Positions 14,049 through 27,296 of a stretch of 64,000 nucleotides of DNA are shown here, one piece after another (position 1 is the first letter of the stretch; each line of letters begins with the position of its first letter). The translations under genes and the position numbers were made by a program. The DNA is from Amoebidium appalachense. Its lineage: Eukaryota; Protista; Ichthyosporea. The stretch lies in assembly GCA_963693365.1 (NCBI GenBank), contig CAVNZM010000003.1, positions 12,435,651 to 12,499,650 of the forward strand, read 5' to 3'. The notes below the pieces were generated by a model. It did no database searches. It was not told the DNA's origin and saw only the letters and a list, made by a program, of their open reading frames with translations.

Positions 14049-15509
14049 GCACCTGCGCAAGTGCAACGACCACCTCTGCACTTCGGCATAACCAAGCACA
14101 CGCCACACAAGTACATGCCACATTACAGACACCTAATGATGTGTCCGCACACGTACGAACACGTACACGCACATACACATGTGTACACGCACATACACAC
14201 GCTTGTCCACAGACGCATGTACCCACTCAAGCTATACACGTAAAGCAGAAGACACACATGCACACAGACGCACACACCCACTCACACCGGTGACACAAGC
14301 CTATGCCCATAGATTCGCATACAAGCACAATCCCTTGTAGACACACACGCGTGTGCGTGCACACACACACAACACACACGCGCGTGCGCACACACAAACA
14401 CACACAAACACACACACACACGGGCACACGTATGTACACACACACTCATTCACATACACACCGCACCCACGCGCACACACGTACACACCAATGAACATAC
14501 GCCCACAAAGGCACACACACACACACACACTTTTCATGCACACACACGCACACACACGCCCAACACACACAAAGAAGCACAACAGAACACGCACACACAC
14601 GTACACACTCAGGTACACGCACACATATCCACCTACGCCCACACACATCCACCTACACACACACATACCCACCTACACAAACACACACCTCTGCGCACAC
14701 ACACACACACGTACACACACGTAAACACACACGTACCCACCTACACGTACAGGGTCTCCACGAGCTCCGAGAGAACCACTGCATCGTCCACCGCGACATC
14801 AAACCGAGCAACATACTCATGAACACACGTGGGGAGGTGAAACTGTGCGATTTTGGCGTCAGCGGACAACTCGTAAATTCAATCGCACAGACTTTCACGG
14901 GAACGCGATCGTACATGGCTCCGGAGAGGTTGCTTGGGGCGCAGTATGCGATTCAGTCGGATGTTTGGTAGGTGTTTTTTTTTTTTGTGTGTGTGTGGGG
15001 GGGGGGGGGGGGGGGAGGGGGGGGGGGGAATGGAGGAAGGATCAACAAAAAACGAGGCTGGGGGGAGGAGGGGGAGAAGGAGGGAGGGAGAGGAAGAGAG
15101 ATGGGGGGGGGGGGGGGGGGGGAGGGGAGGGGGAGATGGGGAGGGGAAGGAAAGAGGAGAGAGGAGAGAGGAGGGAAGGAAAGAGGAGAGGAAGTATTGG
15201 GGGGGGGGGGGGGGGGATAGATGGGAACTAAAAATGTGTTGATAGTAGTTCCGTGGATTGGCCTGCCACCTTTGTATGGATTGGCCATCATTTAACGTAT
15301 GCTTTTGTATGCCCTTCTGTCATGTCTAACGACACCAACCCCACCCACATCCACACCCACGCACACACATCTATACACATGCAAGCACACACACACACGC
15401 ACGCACACACACACACACGCTCAGGCACACACACAGTCCCCTCCCCCTCCCGCCACCCCCTCCCCCCCCCCCCCCACACACACACACACACACACACCCT
15501 CTCTTTTCC

Positions 15510-15559
<50 letters not shown>

Positions 15560-15594
15560 ACATACACACCGTCCCCTTCTCCTCCTCTCCCCCC

Positions 15595-15625
<31 letters not shown>

Positions 15626-15857
15626 GCACACACGTACAGGTCTCTGGGTCTCTCTGTGTTTGAAATGGCCGTAGGGAGGTTCCCCATCCCCCCCGAAGGC
15701 AGCAAGAGGGCGGGCCTAGCCATTTTTGAGCTGATGGAATACATTGTGAACGGTCCGGCGCCAAAACTTCCAAACACTTTTTCTTCTGACTTCCAGGATT
15801 TCATCGCCATGTGTCTGATCAAGGACGCTGCAAAGGTGTGTGTTTGTGTGGGTGGGT

Positions 15858-15888
<31 letters not shown>

Positions 15889-16022
15889 GGGGATGTGGGT
15901 GGGGGGGTAGTGATGGGTGGGTGTGTGACGTGGGGCGGGGGCGGGGGGGGGGGGGGGCGGAGGGGGGAGGGACGGGACTAGGATAGTGGGAATCAGGAGT
16001 GCCTGTAGGTGCTGGGGCTGGT

Positions 16023-16056
<34 letters not shown>

Positions 16057-16216
16057 TCATTTAGATGTTTGAGGTGTGGTTTGAACAGAAACACACAACG
16101 GTACACATGCACACACACGGGTACACACAAACTTACCTCCCCCCGTCCCCCCCCCCCCCCCCACCACCACCACCCACACACCCACACGCTTACACAGAAC
16201 CCCACCTCCCCCCGCG

Positions 16217-16258
<42 letters not shown>

Positions 16259-16331
16259 ACACACACACACATACACACAGCTACCTACCCCCCTCCCCGC
16301 GCCCCCCAACCACACACACACACAATGACCT

Positions 16332-16377
<46 letters not shown>

Positions 16378-17120
16378 TTCCCCGCCCGTAACATAACTCG
16401 GACTATCGGTTTGGCTTTTTTCAAGCCCAAAGCAATGGGTGATACCATATTTCCGGCTGACATCCGGGGGCATAGCTTTCCGTTCGAAGACGTTAAAGTT
16501 CCGCCCTAGTAAGCGTGTTACTACCCTGCGGCGTGGGTCAAATCTTATATTTTCCCCTTTGATTTCGAATTCTGCGGCCTTCGGTACTTAAGTCTTTTCA
16601 GCTGGTGTAGTATGTTAGCCAGGGAAGTATCGACGTAGGTAGCCATGAGGGAGCTTCCCAGAAGCCCCGTCTCCTGAGTTCCTATCTATATTTTTCTTGC
16701 TTCTGCTTACTGCTGCAACTTTAACCCCCGGCCTTTCCCACTGCCCTTGCCTGCATAAGCAACCCTGCTCGTCTCTGATCAAGACGGGTGACCTACCCAT
16801 GTTCAAGTGAAACAGTCTCTGAGTTGGGTTTCGTTAACGAGGTGAATAGGTCGAAACTCGGGTACTGTGGATGACGTGGGCCCCCCCTGAGGATGGGCTC
16901 TGCTTATTATGCATACTCTTTATGTATGGCTTGCATTCAGCATCATGTTATCCGTTTGTTCTTGTGTACTTCGTACTTTATGACGCATTCAAACCCCCCG
17001 TCGCCCCTTCCCCCCCACCCCCCCCCCAACACACGCACAAAAAAAATTACCTGACACCCATCTCCCCCCCCCCCTCTCCCGCACCACACACACACACATA
17101 CATAAACACATGCACACGCA

Positions 17121-17155
<35 letters not shown>

Positions 17156-17694
17156 ACACACCTACACACACACACACTTGCACACCTACACACACACACA
17201 CACACACACTTACACACCTACACACACACACACTTGCACACCTACACACACACACACACACACTTACACACCTACACACACACACACTTACACACCTACA
17301 CACACACACACACACACACTTACACACCTACACACACACACACACACACACACTACACACACACACACACACACACTTACACACCTACACACACACACAC
17401 TTACACACCTACACACACACACACACACACTTACACACCTACACACACACACACTTACACACCTACACACACACACACACACACTTACACACCTACACAC
17501 ACACACACACACACTTACACACCTACACACACACACACGTACACACACGTACACACACACAGCGGCCCAGCCCAGCGCAACTCCTCGACCACCCATGGCT
17601 TGCCGACTGCACCGCCACAAACTCAGACATAGTCGAATGGGTTAACGAGGCACTCAAGCACCCCGTACCCCATGACGACGACGACGGATTCTAG
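7952..17694 (+). CDS. MAP kinase kinase (MEK1/2-STE7 family); spliced
   Basis: Kinase exons: 12415-12533 (LGKGVSGVV...MARKLVH), 13234-13432, 14753-14967 ([35 protein letters not shown]), 15640-15835 and 17563-17694 (stop). N-terminal exons: 7952-8028 ([12 protein letters not shown]-site-like), 9011-9104, 9883-10025 and 11674-11813. The chain between 8028 and 9011 is uncertain. Confidence 0.95.
16381..16993 (+). mobile_element. 5'-truncated subfamily A element in the last MAP2K intron
   Basis: Reverse complement of ~62058-62672. It ends in gacgcattcaaa followed by a C-run and is preceded by a C-run. Confidence 0.9.
17140..17545 (+). repeat. Compound minisatellite (CA)n-CTTACACACCTA upstream of the last MAP2K exon
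   Basis: Directly visible repeated unit. Confidence 0.9.
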
Positions 17695-18267
17695 AACAAA
17701 TCCGGGATATTTGAAACCGGAAACCGGAAACGAGATGTCCAAAGAACAGGGACTTTTTCCGTGTTTGGCCCCTTAAATGGAATTCTGGAAACTGAATGTG
17801 AAGGGGATGTGAAAAGAGAGGGGCCCTTGGTTTTCTCTTTGTTAGTGGTTTCGCAAACGGAGACAGAAAAGCTTGGTTTTGAGGTTGCAATACGTGTGCG
17901 CAGATGTGTGTGTGCGTGTGTGTGTGCGTACATGTGTGTGTGTGTTGGGGGGGGGGGGGGGGGGGGAATAATAATTCTGTTAAGTTAAGAAGTGCTGTCG
18001 TATTGGCTCTAAACCGCTAAGGTATGTGTTAAAATCATGCACACGAGTAAGGTATACAACACTATATGTCCTTATGCGCATAACTTGATTAGAAGGCATG
18101 GGGGAAGGGACAATAACGTAATCGCCCTTCATTTGCTATTCCCCTTTGGTTAGTAAAGTAGAGAAAGCAAAAAAGAGGTTGTGTTTCTTAGTTATAATTT
18201 GCCGACACAAAATGTGCCACGTTTCGTTTCATCGCACCCCGATCAAGATTTGCTTATGTTATCGTGG

Positions 18268-18298
<31 letters not shown>

Positions 18299-18740
18299 CT
18301 CTTATACACATGTAATGTTCTGTGGTTCTGCTTACACATGACAGCAGGTTTTTTTCGATACAAACGTAATATTACTGTATAGCTTAGATGAGCTACCTTC
18401 GAGATGTTTTTTTTTGTTTTTTTTGTTTTGTTTTTTTTTTTGTTTTTTTTCGCGCTTTTTCTGTGGTGTGGCTTTGTTCTCGGAAATACGACCCTGAAAA
18501 AACGGGGTTTGGTATGGCAAAATAAAAAGGTGTGAGCGACCGACCGAAAGCTGTAATTTATGTGCACGTGGGCCCAAGGTTACACTGAGTACGTGTAGAA
18601 ACCCTCCAACGCGAGTTAGACTGCTTTGCATGCGCTTTGCAGCCAAATTATGATTATTCTGTCACGTTTATGTGGGTGATCACACATTACAAGCTTGGCA
18701 TTCGCACACACCACGCACGCACGCGCACACAGGCATGCAA

Positions 18741-18780
<40 letters not shown>

Positions 18781-19060
18781 GGCGCGCGCACGCATGCGCC
18801 TGTGTGTGTACCAGTGTGTGTGTGTTTGTGTGTGCGCGCGTGCACACACGCGCACGTGCCTGTGTGTATACGTGTGTGTGTTTGTGTGTGTGTTTGCGTG
18901 TGCACGCACTACATGTACTACACGTGTGTGCGTTGTGCGTGTTACACGGTGTGTAACACTCCGTGTGAGCAAGTTTGCCTGCACATGTACATGGTGCATA
19001 TGTGGACGCATGTGCCCATGCCTGTGTGCATGTGCACGTGCATATTAAGCTCACATGCCC

Positions 19061-19102
<42 letters not shown>

Positions 19103-19499
19103 ATGTTCATGCGTGAGTCACTACTAATGTTAGTGTGTGTGCATGTGTGTATTTGCATGCATGACGTCTGTGTTACGGCACCGTAGCACCCAACCACATC
19201 AGCAAAATCAACTTGCGAGCTGAATTATTCTGCTTTTAACCAAATATTTCAGCGAAGCCAGAATCTGATTTGCTCTGCTGCTTGCAGAATCATTCAGCAA
19301 AAAGCACAAGTATTCCACCTAAAACTCTAATTATTCTGCGTGGAGCAGGTTTTAATATTCTGGGAGCAAAATAGTTCGGCTCACAGCAGAATTATTTAGC
19401 TCATAATAGAATAATTCTGCTTTTGCAGAATAGCTTCGCCTTTGCTAAACAAATCTGCTGTTCAAGGCAGACTAATACCAAATCTTAGTTTGCAGAATA

Positions 19500-19962
19500 C
19501 TGTAGGGCCCAACCACATCGGCTGAGTCAACTAGCTCCGAGCAGAATTATTCTGCAAAAAAGCAGAATGATTCTGTATACGTAAAAAGCAGAACTATTCT
19601 GCTAAAAGCAAAATTATTCAGCAAAAGCAGAATCAATCTGCTAAAAGCAAAGAATCAATCTGCTAAAAGCAGAATCAATCCGTTAAAGCAGAATTATTCC
19701 GCTAATAGCAGAATCATTCTGCTTTTGACAGCAGAATATATAATTCTGTTTTTTGCGCAATAATTCTGCTTTTAGCAGAATAATTCTGCTAAAATGCTAA
19801 AAGCAGAGTGATTATGCTAAAATAAAAGCAGAGTGATTCTGCTTTTGCGGAATAATTCTGCTTTTTGCATAATAATTCTGCTTTTTGCAGAATAATTCGG
19901 CTTTGGCAGAATAATTCTGCTATTTGCAAGCTGACTCTGCCGATGTGGTTGGGTCCTTACTG
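19500..19962. mobile_element. MITE with TIRs and probable TA target duplication (Tc1/mariner-like ends); internal palindromic GCAGAAT(T/A)ATTCTGC repeats
   Basis: The left end ta|ctgtagggcccaaccacatcggc matches the reverse complement of the right end, ta|cagtaaggacccaaccacatcggc. An older half-copy lies at 19181-19497. Confidence 0.8.
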
Positions 19963-20569
19963 TATTTTCACTCAGAGCATCGCGAGGGGCCCGGGTACTG
20001 TTTACGTTGGCGCCCTTCATAGTTACGTGTAGTAATTGCCACCATGTACATATGTCACATGTATGCTGCCTGATGAACGTAAAGGGTCCAAGCACATGGC
20101 TAATTATGGAATCAAGTTGTGCAGGTGTCGATGACGTTGTTGCGTACGTGGATAAACGTCAAGTTACAACCAGCAAAAGGATTTTTATTTTTATTTTATC
20201 CCGTTTTGTTCCCGGAGGGACCTCTTGGGCCCTCAGGGGGATCCGGAACTACCGTCTAAATCTTCCACCCAGCACCGACAGTACTCTAGCTAGGGTGCTA
20301 CGGTATTTTTAGCTAAGCTAACACACCTTTAAACAATCCTAACTATTTGCACACACTTTGCCCAGGGTATTCACCCCAGCCACGCCGGTGGGTAACCAGC
20401 AAAAGGATATGTGGCATCATCATGTGCATCAAACCACGTGGTGAATGACGTCATGATGACGTGTGCGCATGCGCAAATCATTGGCAACGTTTGTAGGCCG
20501 GCGCCCGGGCCCTTTAAATTTGGTGGTGGTGGTGGTACGGTGGTGGTGGTTGTTGTTGTTGTTGGTGTT

Positions 20570-20603
<34 letters not shown>

Positions 20604-20763
20604 ATAAAAAGCAATTTACGTGCAACAAAAAGAGGCAACATCTAACTAGTGGTGCATGCAAATTTCCCATTCGTTTATTTATCAAATGGCCCCTCACACC
20701 TAGTCCGACCCGTTTGTGTGTCTGCTTGCATGTATTTTTCGCCCCGGACGGACGGACGGGCGC

Positions 20764-20797
<34 letters not shown>

Positions 20798-20798
<1 letters not shown>

Positions 20799-21195
20799 AT
20801 GTATGCGTTAGAGGGTTGGAAATGTGGAGGAGACACCAAAGAGCAACAACAAAAGCGTCACAAAGGTTGGAAATCCAAAATCCAACAATTTAAGCGTGCA
20901 GGCAGATGACACTTGAACAGAGCCCATCATCAGGGGGGTTCCTATGCCTCCACAAAAGCATGGGTTTCGACTCTTTAACCTCTCGCACGTAGTTCCCAAC
21001 CCATACTTTGTTTCAACAGCAATAGGCGAGTCCACCCGTCTTGGCCAAAGACGAGCAGGGTTGTTCAAGGAGCAGCAATCTAAGAACACAGAGTGTACGA
21101 AATCTGCAAGCAGACAAAAAAACAAAAAAAGCAAGCAGAGAGATAGAGCATAAGCCCGGCTTCTACAAAGCTCCCCGACTCCTTAGCCTATAGAG
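20798..21195 (-). mobile_element. Subfamily B element
   Basis: Repeated at 22826-22980 and 54698-55065. It shares aaccctgctcgtct..aagacgggt, gtcgaaac and ccctgatgatgggctctg with A and C, and has G-runs at both ends. Confidence 0.85.
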
Positions 21196-22345
21196 TAGGG
21201 GAGGGAGGGGAGGGGGGGGGGGAGGGAGGGGGAGAGAGAGGGGGAAGGGGGGGGGGGGAGGGGGGGGGGGGGGGGGGGACATGGAGACAGAGAAAACAGG
21301 GGGGGAACGAACCTGGCAACTATTGCTTTATGAGAGGGTTACCCCACGCGGGGGGGGGGGGGGGGGGGGATGGGGGCTAGCTAGGGGAGGAGGAAGAGCA
21401 CAAGCCCATCCTTTGCATTGCTGTCCATCAGAGATGTAAGAGTTATGTATTTGTTAGCACACCAGGTGCCAATGCACACTACACGCTCGTGTAGAGTCCG
21501 TACACTCGCAAATAACCCGGCCCTTAGATCACTTGGGCCCATGCCACCATTATGACATGGAAACTACAGACGCACTAGGCATGCACCTGTTTTCTACACA
21601 TAACATCGAGCCAGTCAATGCAGGAATTTGGGGGGGGGGGGGGGGGGGGGGGGGAGGGGGGGGGGGGTATTTAGTGGGGCTAGCAAGTATCACGATTTGT
21701 GATAGGTCATGCAGTTTCTGTGGCTGCATGCTTGAATAAACATACCGGAGTAATGAAATGAGCAACGAGAGGGAATATAACAAGGATAAGGAATAAGCGG
21801 AAAAGAACAACAAGAGTGGAATAAGCGGGTCCCAATGGGAAACAATACCTTTTACACCAAAAATTATACACATCGACATATCAACATACATATAGGTAAC
21901 TAGCATGCACACAGTACACACATTGTCTAAGAGGTGAAACCCACCACCCTCCAACCCAACACTAGAATGCGTTTAGTTTAGTTTCCAAACAAAACGACTC
22001 ACACACATCAAACACACACACACACACAAGCCCACACGTACGTGTACACCTTGCATGGCAAAATCCGCGCACAAGCACACACACACACGCACAAGCAAAC
22101 ACATACACAAGCAAACACACACACACACACACGCACACAAGCACACACACAGTGTCCACACACACGCACACACACACACATACACAAGCACAAGCAAACA
22201 CATACACAAGCACACACACTACACTCACGTACACAGGTGCACAATCAAATATAGCCGCCTACAAGCCCAAGCATCCGCACACTACACACAGGTACGCATG
22301 TGCACACACACAAGCACACACATACACGTGCATTACATTAACCCA

Positions 22346-22555
22346 TTACAAGCCCTTGTTGTAGTAGAGCACCTCAGGCCAAGCCTCCTTCGTCCTCTTC
22401 ACAAACTCAGACACCTTCTCCTGTGCCTCAGGCTCCATCTTGGACACGGGGATGGAGCTCGTCTGTAGGGGAAAAAAGAAAGAAAGAAAGAAAGAAAGAG
22501 ATAAAGAAAGAGACAAAGAAAGAAAGAAAGAAAGAAGGAGAAAAAGAAGGAGAGC

Positions 22556-22599
<44 letters not shown>

Positions 22600-22604
22600 A
22601 GGAG

Positions 22605-22655
<51 letters not shown>

Positions 22656-22753
22656 GAAAGTGAAAGGAAAAGGGAAAACGGGTGAAAGAGAAAAAAAAGG
22701 AATGGAATAAAAGAAGGAAGGAAGTACGAGGGGGGGGGGGGGGGGGGGGAGGT

Positions 22754-22817
<64 letters not shown>

Positions 22818-23124
22818 GGGGGGGGATGTATGCCTTAGAGAGTTGGAAATATGGAGAAGACGCCAAAGAGCAAAAGCAAAAACGTCACAAAAATGAGAAG
22901 CGTGCAGGCAGAAGACACTTGAACAGAGCTCATCATCAGGGGGGTTCCTATGCCTCCACAAAAGCATGGGTTTCGACTCTGGAGGGAGGGAGGGGGGACA
23001 TGCACACTAGGGGGAAGGGGGCGCACCAAGGGAGGTTGCAGCAAACAAGACAGCAAAAGAGCCCGGGCGGGGGGGAGGCGGTAAGCATCCCAAGGGGGCA
23101 ATGCATTAAGGGGAGATGCTCTCC

Positions 23125-23180
<56 letters not shown>

Positions 23181-24161
23181 AACACCTGTTGGCGGGGGAG
23201 AGGGGGGGGGTGGGGGGGGGGGGCGGGGTTTGAATGTGTCATAAAGTACGAAGTACACATGAACAACGGATAACACGATGCAGAGTGCAAACCATACATA
23301 GTGCAAACCATACTTAAAGATTATGCATAATAAGCAGAGCCCATCCTCAAGGAGGGCCTACGTCATCCACAGTACCCGAGTTTCGACCCATTCACCTCGT
23401 CAACGAAACCCAACTCAGATACTGAGCCGGGGGGGGGGGGGGGGGGGGGGGGTTATATGCGTAACAGTTGGGGATAAATACGTGTAGGGAACATGCTCTT
23501 CAGAGGGAAGGGTGTGTGTGTGTGTGTGTGTGGGGGGGGTGGGGGGGGGGGGGGGGGGGGGGGGTAAGAGAGGATACACACCTGTGGGAAGAGAGCGCAG
23601 CAGAGGGGGGTAGAGAAAACGAGGCAGATGCCAGCAAGACCCACGGTGATTGGTGCAGCCAGCCAGGGGACCTTCTGGAGCAGCACACCCTTGGACAGCT
23701 TATTCATCACAATGGGCGGGATCACCATGCCTGGCGTGGCCATGAGGATACGCGAGGGAATCACCTGTGCGCGTGTGTACGTGTGTACGTGTGGGTGAGT
23801 GTGAGTGTGTGTGTTGGGGGGGGGGGGGGGGGGGGGGGGGTGGAGGCTGGAAGGTAAGGAGGTGTGTGTGTGCGTGTGTGTGTGTGTGTGTTGTGGTGGT
23901 TGTGGGGAAGGGGGGGGGGGGGGGGGGGGGGGGGGGGGAATAGGGTTAGTGGTTGCAGTGTGAGGGTTTGTTTATTTGCGTCTCGTGTATTGTGACCAAA
24001 AAGGGTGGAAACAGGAGAAGAATACATTACCAGAGTAAGAAGTGCACATTCCATGCCGGGCACACAATGCAGTTTGAAAGCTACAAACAAGGAAAAGAAC
24101 CGCAGAAATAACACAAACCCGAAATGAATGTGCATATGTATGCTATGCAATGTACACTCCC

Positions 24162-24195
<34 letters not shown>

Positions 24196-24267
24196 ACACA
24201 CACCAAAAAGGTGTGGCAAGTTCATCTTTGCAGCCTCCTTGCTATCCGTCACAGGTACGCCCTCCCC

Positions 24268-24304
<37 letters not shown>

Positions 24305-26288
24305 CAACACACACATACGTACACGTACACACACACCACCCCATACAACCCCCCCCCCCCCCCCCCCCCCACACACACACCCACGTACACGTACACACAC
24401 ACACACACATGAGCCACTGCCATCTTTGAAGCCTCCTTGCTATCCGTGACAGGCTCACCCTCCTTTGTGCTCACATATGAAGCAGGCACACATACAAAAT
24501 CTCCCCCCTTCCTCCGCTTTTCCAAACACACACACACACTCCTACAAAAAACACACGCACACAGACACAGACACCCAAACAACCACACACAGACATATAC
24601 GCGCCCTCCCTCCCTCCCCCCCCCCCCCCCCCCCCCCACACACATACACACACATACACACCCATGTACACCCACACCCACACACCTGAGCCACGGCCAT
24701 CTTGGCAGCCTCCTTGCTATCCGTCACAGGCTCACCCTCCTTTGTGCTCACCGTGATACCACCCACCAGCTCACGCTGACGCATGAGGGGAATGTTGACA
24801 CAGTTGGCGGCGGCAACAGCTACCAGCTACAAAGGGAACCAGCCTGTATAGGGGGGGGGGAGGGGGGGGGGGAGGGATAGTTAGGAGGTGAGATAGGTGG
24901 TGATGGTGTGAATATGAGACATGGAAACACAGAGGTAGTGGTGAGATATTTTAGGTTGGAAAGGGTGAAATATACATTGAAGGCGTGGTGGGTTGTGTAA
25001 CGTCTACAAAGGAAACCAGTCTGTAAGGGGGGGGGGGGAGGGGGAGGGGGGAAGGGGCTTGCTGGGGGGGGGGGGGGGGGGGTTAGAATGTGCTACAGGG
25101 TCCTGAGTATACATAGCACATGTTGATAATGGAAAACATAATGCAATGTGCAAACCAAAGGTTATGTTTGAAAAGCAGAGCAGGGGACGCAGGGGGAGGG
25201 GGGAGGGAAGGAGGGGGGTGGGGAGCCGATAGATAGGCGTAAGATAAGATATGTGTTGATGGTAAGGGGATAGAGGATGGAATTAATGAGATAGCGGTAG
25301 GATATATGATGATGGAATAGGTGGGAAATATACATTGATGCTGTTGGCTACTGCTACAGTCACAAAGGGAACCAGCCTGTAGTTCTGAAGGAGATAGTTA
25401 GGAGGTGGGATATATGTTGATAATGTGGCTCTAAGAGACGGAAATAAAATTTAGTGGTGTGACATGCGATAATGGTGCAATAGGGGAGAGGATTGCAAAT
25501 GTAGCGAGGGAGGGGGGGGGGGGGGGGGGGAGGGGGAGGGGGGAGTGTCATAGGCGTGAGAAACACATTTGATGGTGTAGCGAGTGAGGAAGGAAATGAA
25601 GAGAGAGGGGGGATGGGGAGGGGAAAGGGTAGTGGTGAGACACTTTGTGATGTAAGGAGGATAAGGTTTTGGAATACAGTTTAACTTGTATTCCCGTGTG
25701 TGCGTGTGTGCACACGCCCGTATGTGTTTGCATGTGGGTGTCTCTGTCTTAGTGTTTGTGTGCCTGTTACATGCATGCATGCATGTGTGTGTTTGTGTGT
25801 ACGTGTGTGTGTGTGTGAGTGAGCATTCGTGTGCCTTTATTTGTGTGTTGTGAGTGCATGCGCGTGTTGCACCGCGTAGCCCAATTGTGTTTTGCATACA
25901 TGCATCCTTGCTCATTTGCACAACTCCCTCCCCCCCCCCCCCCCCCCCCACGCATTTGCACAACAACCCCCCTCCACCCTCCACCCTCCCCCCCCCCCCC
26001 CCCCCCGCGCACACACACACACGCACCTTCCAACGAGGCCGCCAGCCAGCTTAGGGCTCCTAGCGACCAACTTGTTCAACCCCACGGCCGTAACAACGGA
26101 CGCACCGCATGCGGCCGCATAGGCCTGTGCCAGTTGCTCGTTGGTGATGCCGGCACTTGCGTTGCGGTTGGTGTAGTTGACGATGCAGTTGAAACTCTGG
26201 TTCAACCACAGTGCACGTGGATGTGTGTGCGTGGGTGCATAAGTGGTAGAGGCGGAGGAGGAGGAGGGCGGGGGGGGGGGGGGGGGGG

Positions 26289-26323
<35 letters not shown>

Positions 26324-26385
26324 GGGGGTCGGTGTGTGTGTGTGGAAGTGGTCAGGGTATGTGTGTGTGGAAGTGGTCAGGGTAT

Positions 26386-26416
<31 letters not shown>

Positions 26417-26536
26417 GAGGGGGGAGGGGGGTTTGAATGCGTCAAGAAGCACGAAGTACACAAGAACAAACGGATAACACGATGCAGAATGCAAGCCATA
26501 CATAAAGAGTATGCATAATAAGCAGAGCCCATCCTG

Positions 26537-26573
<37 letters not shown>

Positions 26574-27217
26574 GGGATAGAATGTGTTGAAGAAGACAAG
26601 CACAATCATATCCGGGCAATACAATGCTTCAAAGGTCACACAAAGAGTATGCATAATAAGGTAAAGGGTTTTTTTTTTTGCTTTCGTTGGTTGTGTGTTT
26701 TTTTTTTTTTTTTTTTTTTTTTGGGGGGGGGGGAGGGGGGGGGGGTAAGAGGTACAAACCTGCCAGAAGATGACAGCCGGGGTGGAGCGGTAGAAGGCCA
26801 ACATTCCGCCTGGAGGGGGAGGGGGGGGGGGGGTGGGGGGGGGGGGGAGAGAGAGGGGGCCGGGGAGAAGAAGGTAAGTTTCACGGCCGGGAAAAGGGGG
26901 GGAGGGGGGTATGATGCAAGCGCTGACATGACGTACAAGGCACCTCCTTCCCCACCCTCCCCTCCCCCCACCCTCCCGGAGGAGCTTCCAGACCCTGAAG
27001 CTAATGAAACATCTCCTCTTTCCCCCGCCCCCCCCCCTGCCCCCCTCCCCCCTTCCCACCCCCTCCCCCCTCCCCTTCCCCACCAACACACACACACACA
27101 CACTCCTCCAGCACAAAATCCCGGTGTTGTCCCTGTTTCTCCCTCCCCTTCCTTACATCTCTCTCTGCCTATCCCTCTCGCTCACCCTCCATCAGATCTC
27201 TCACTCCTTGACCCTAG

Positions 27218-27296
<79 letters not shown>

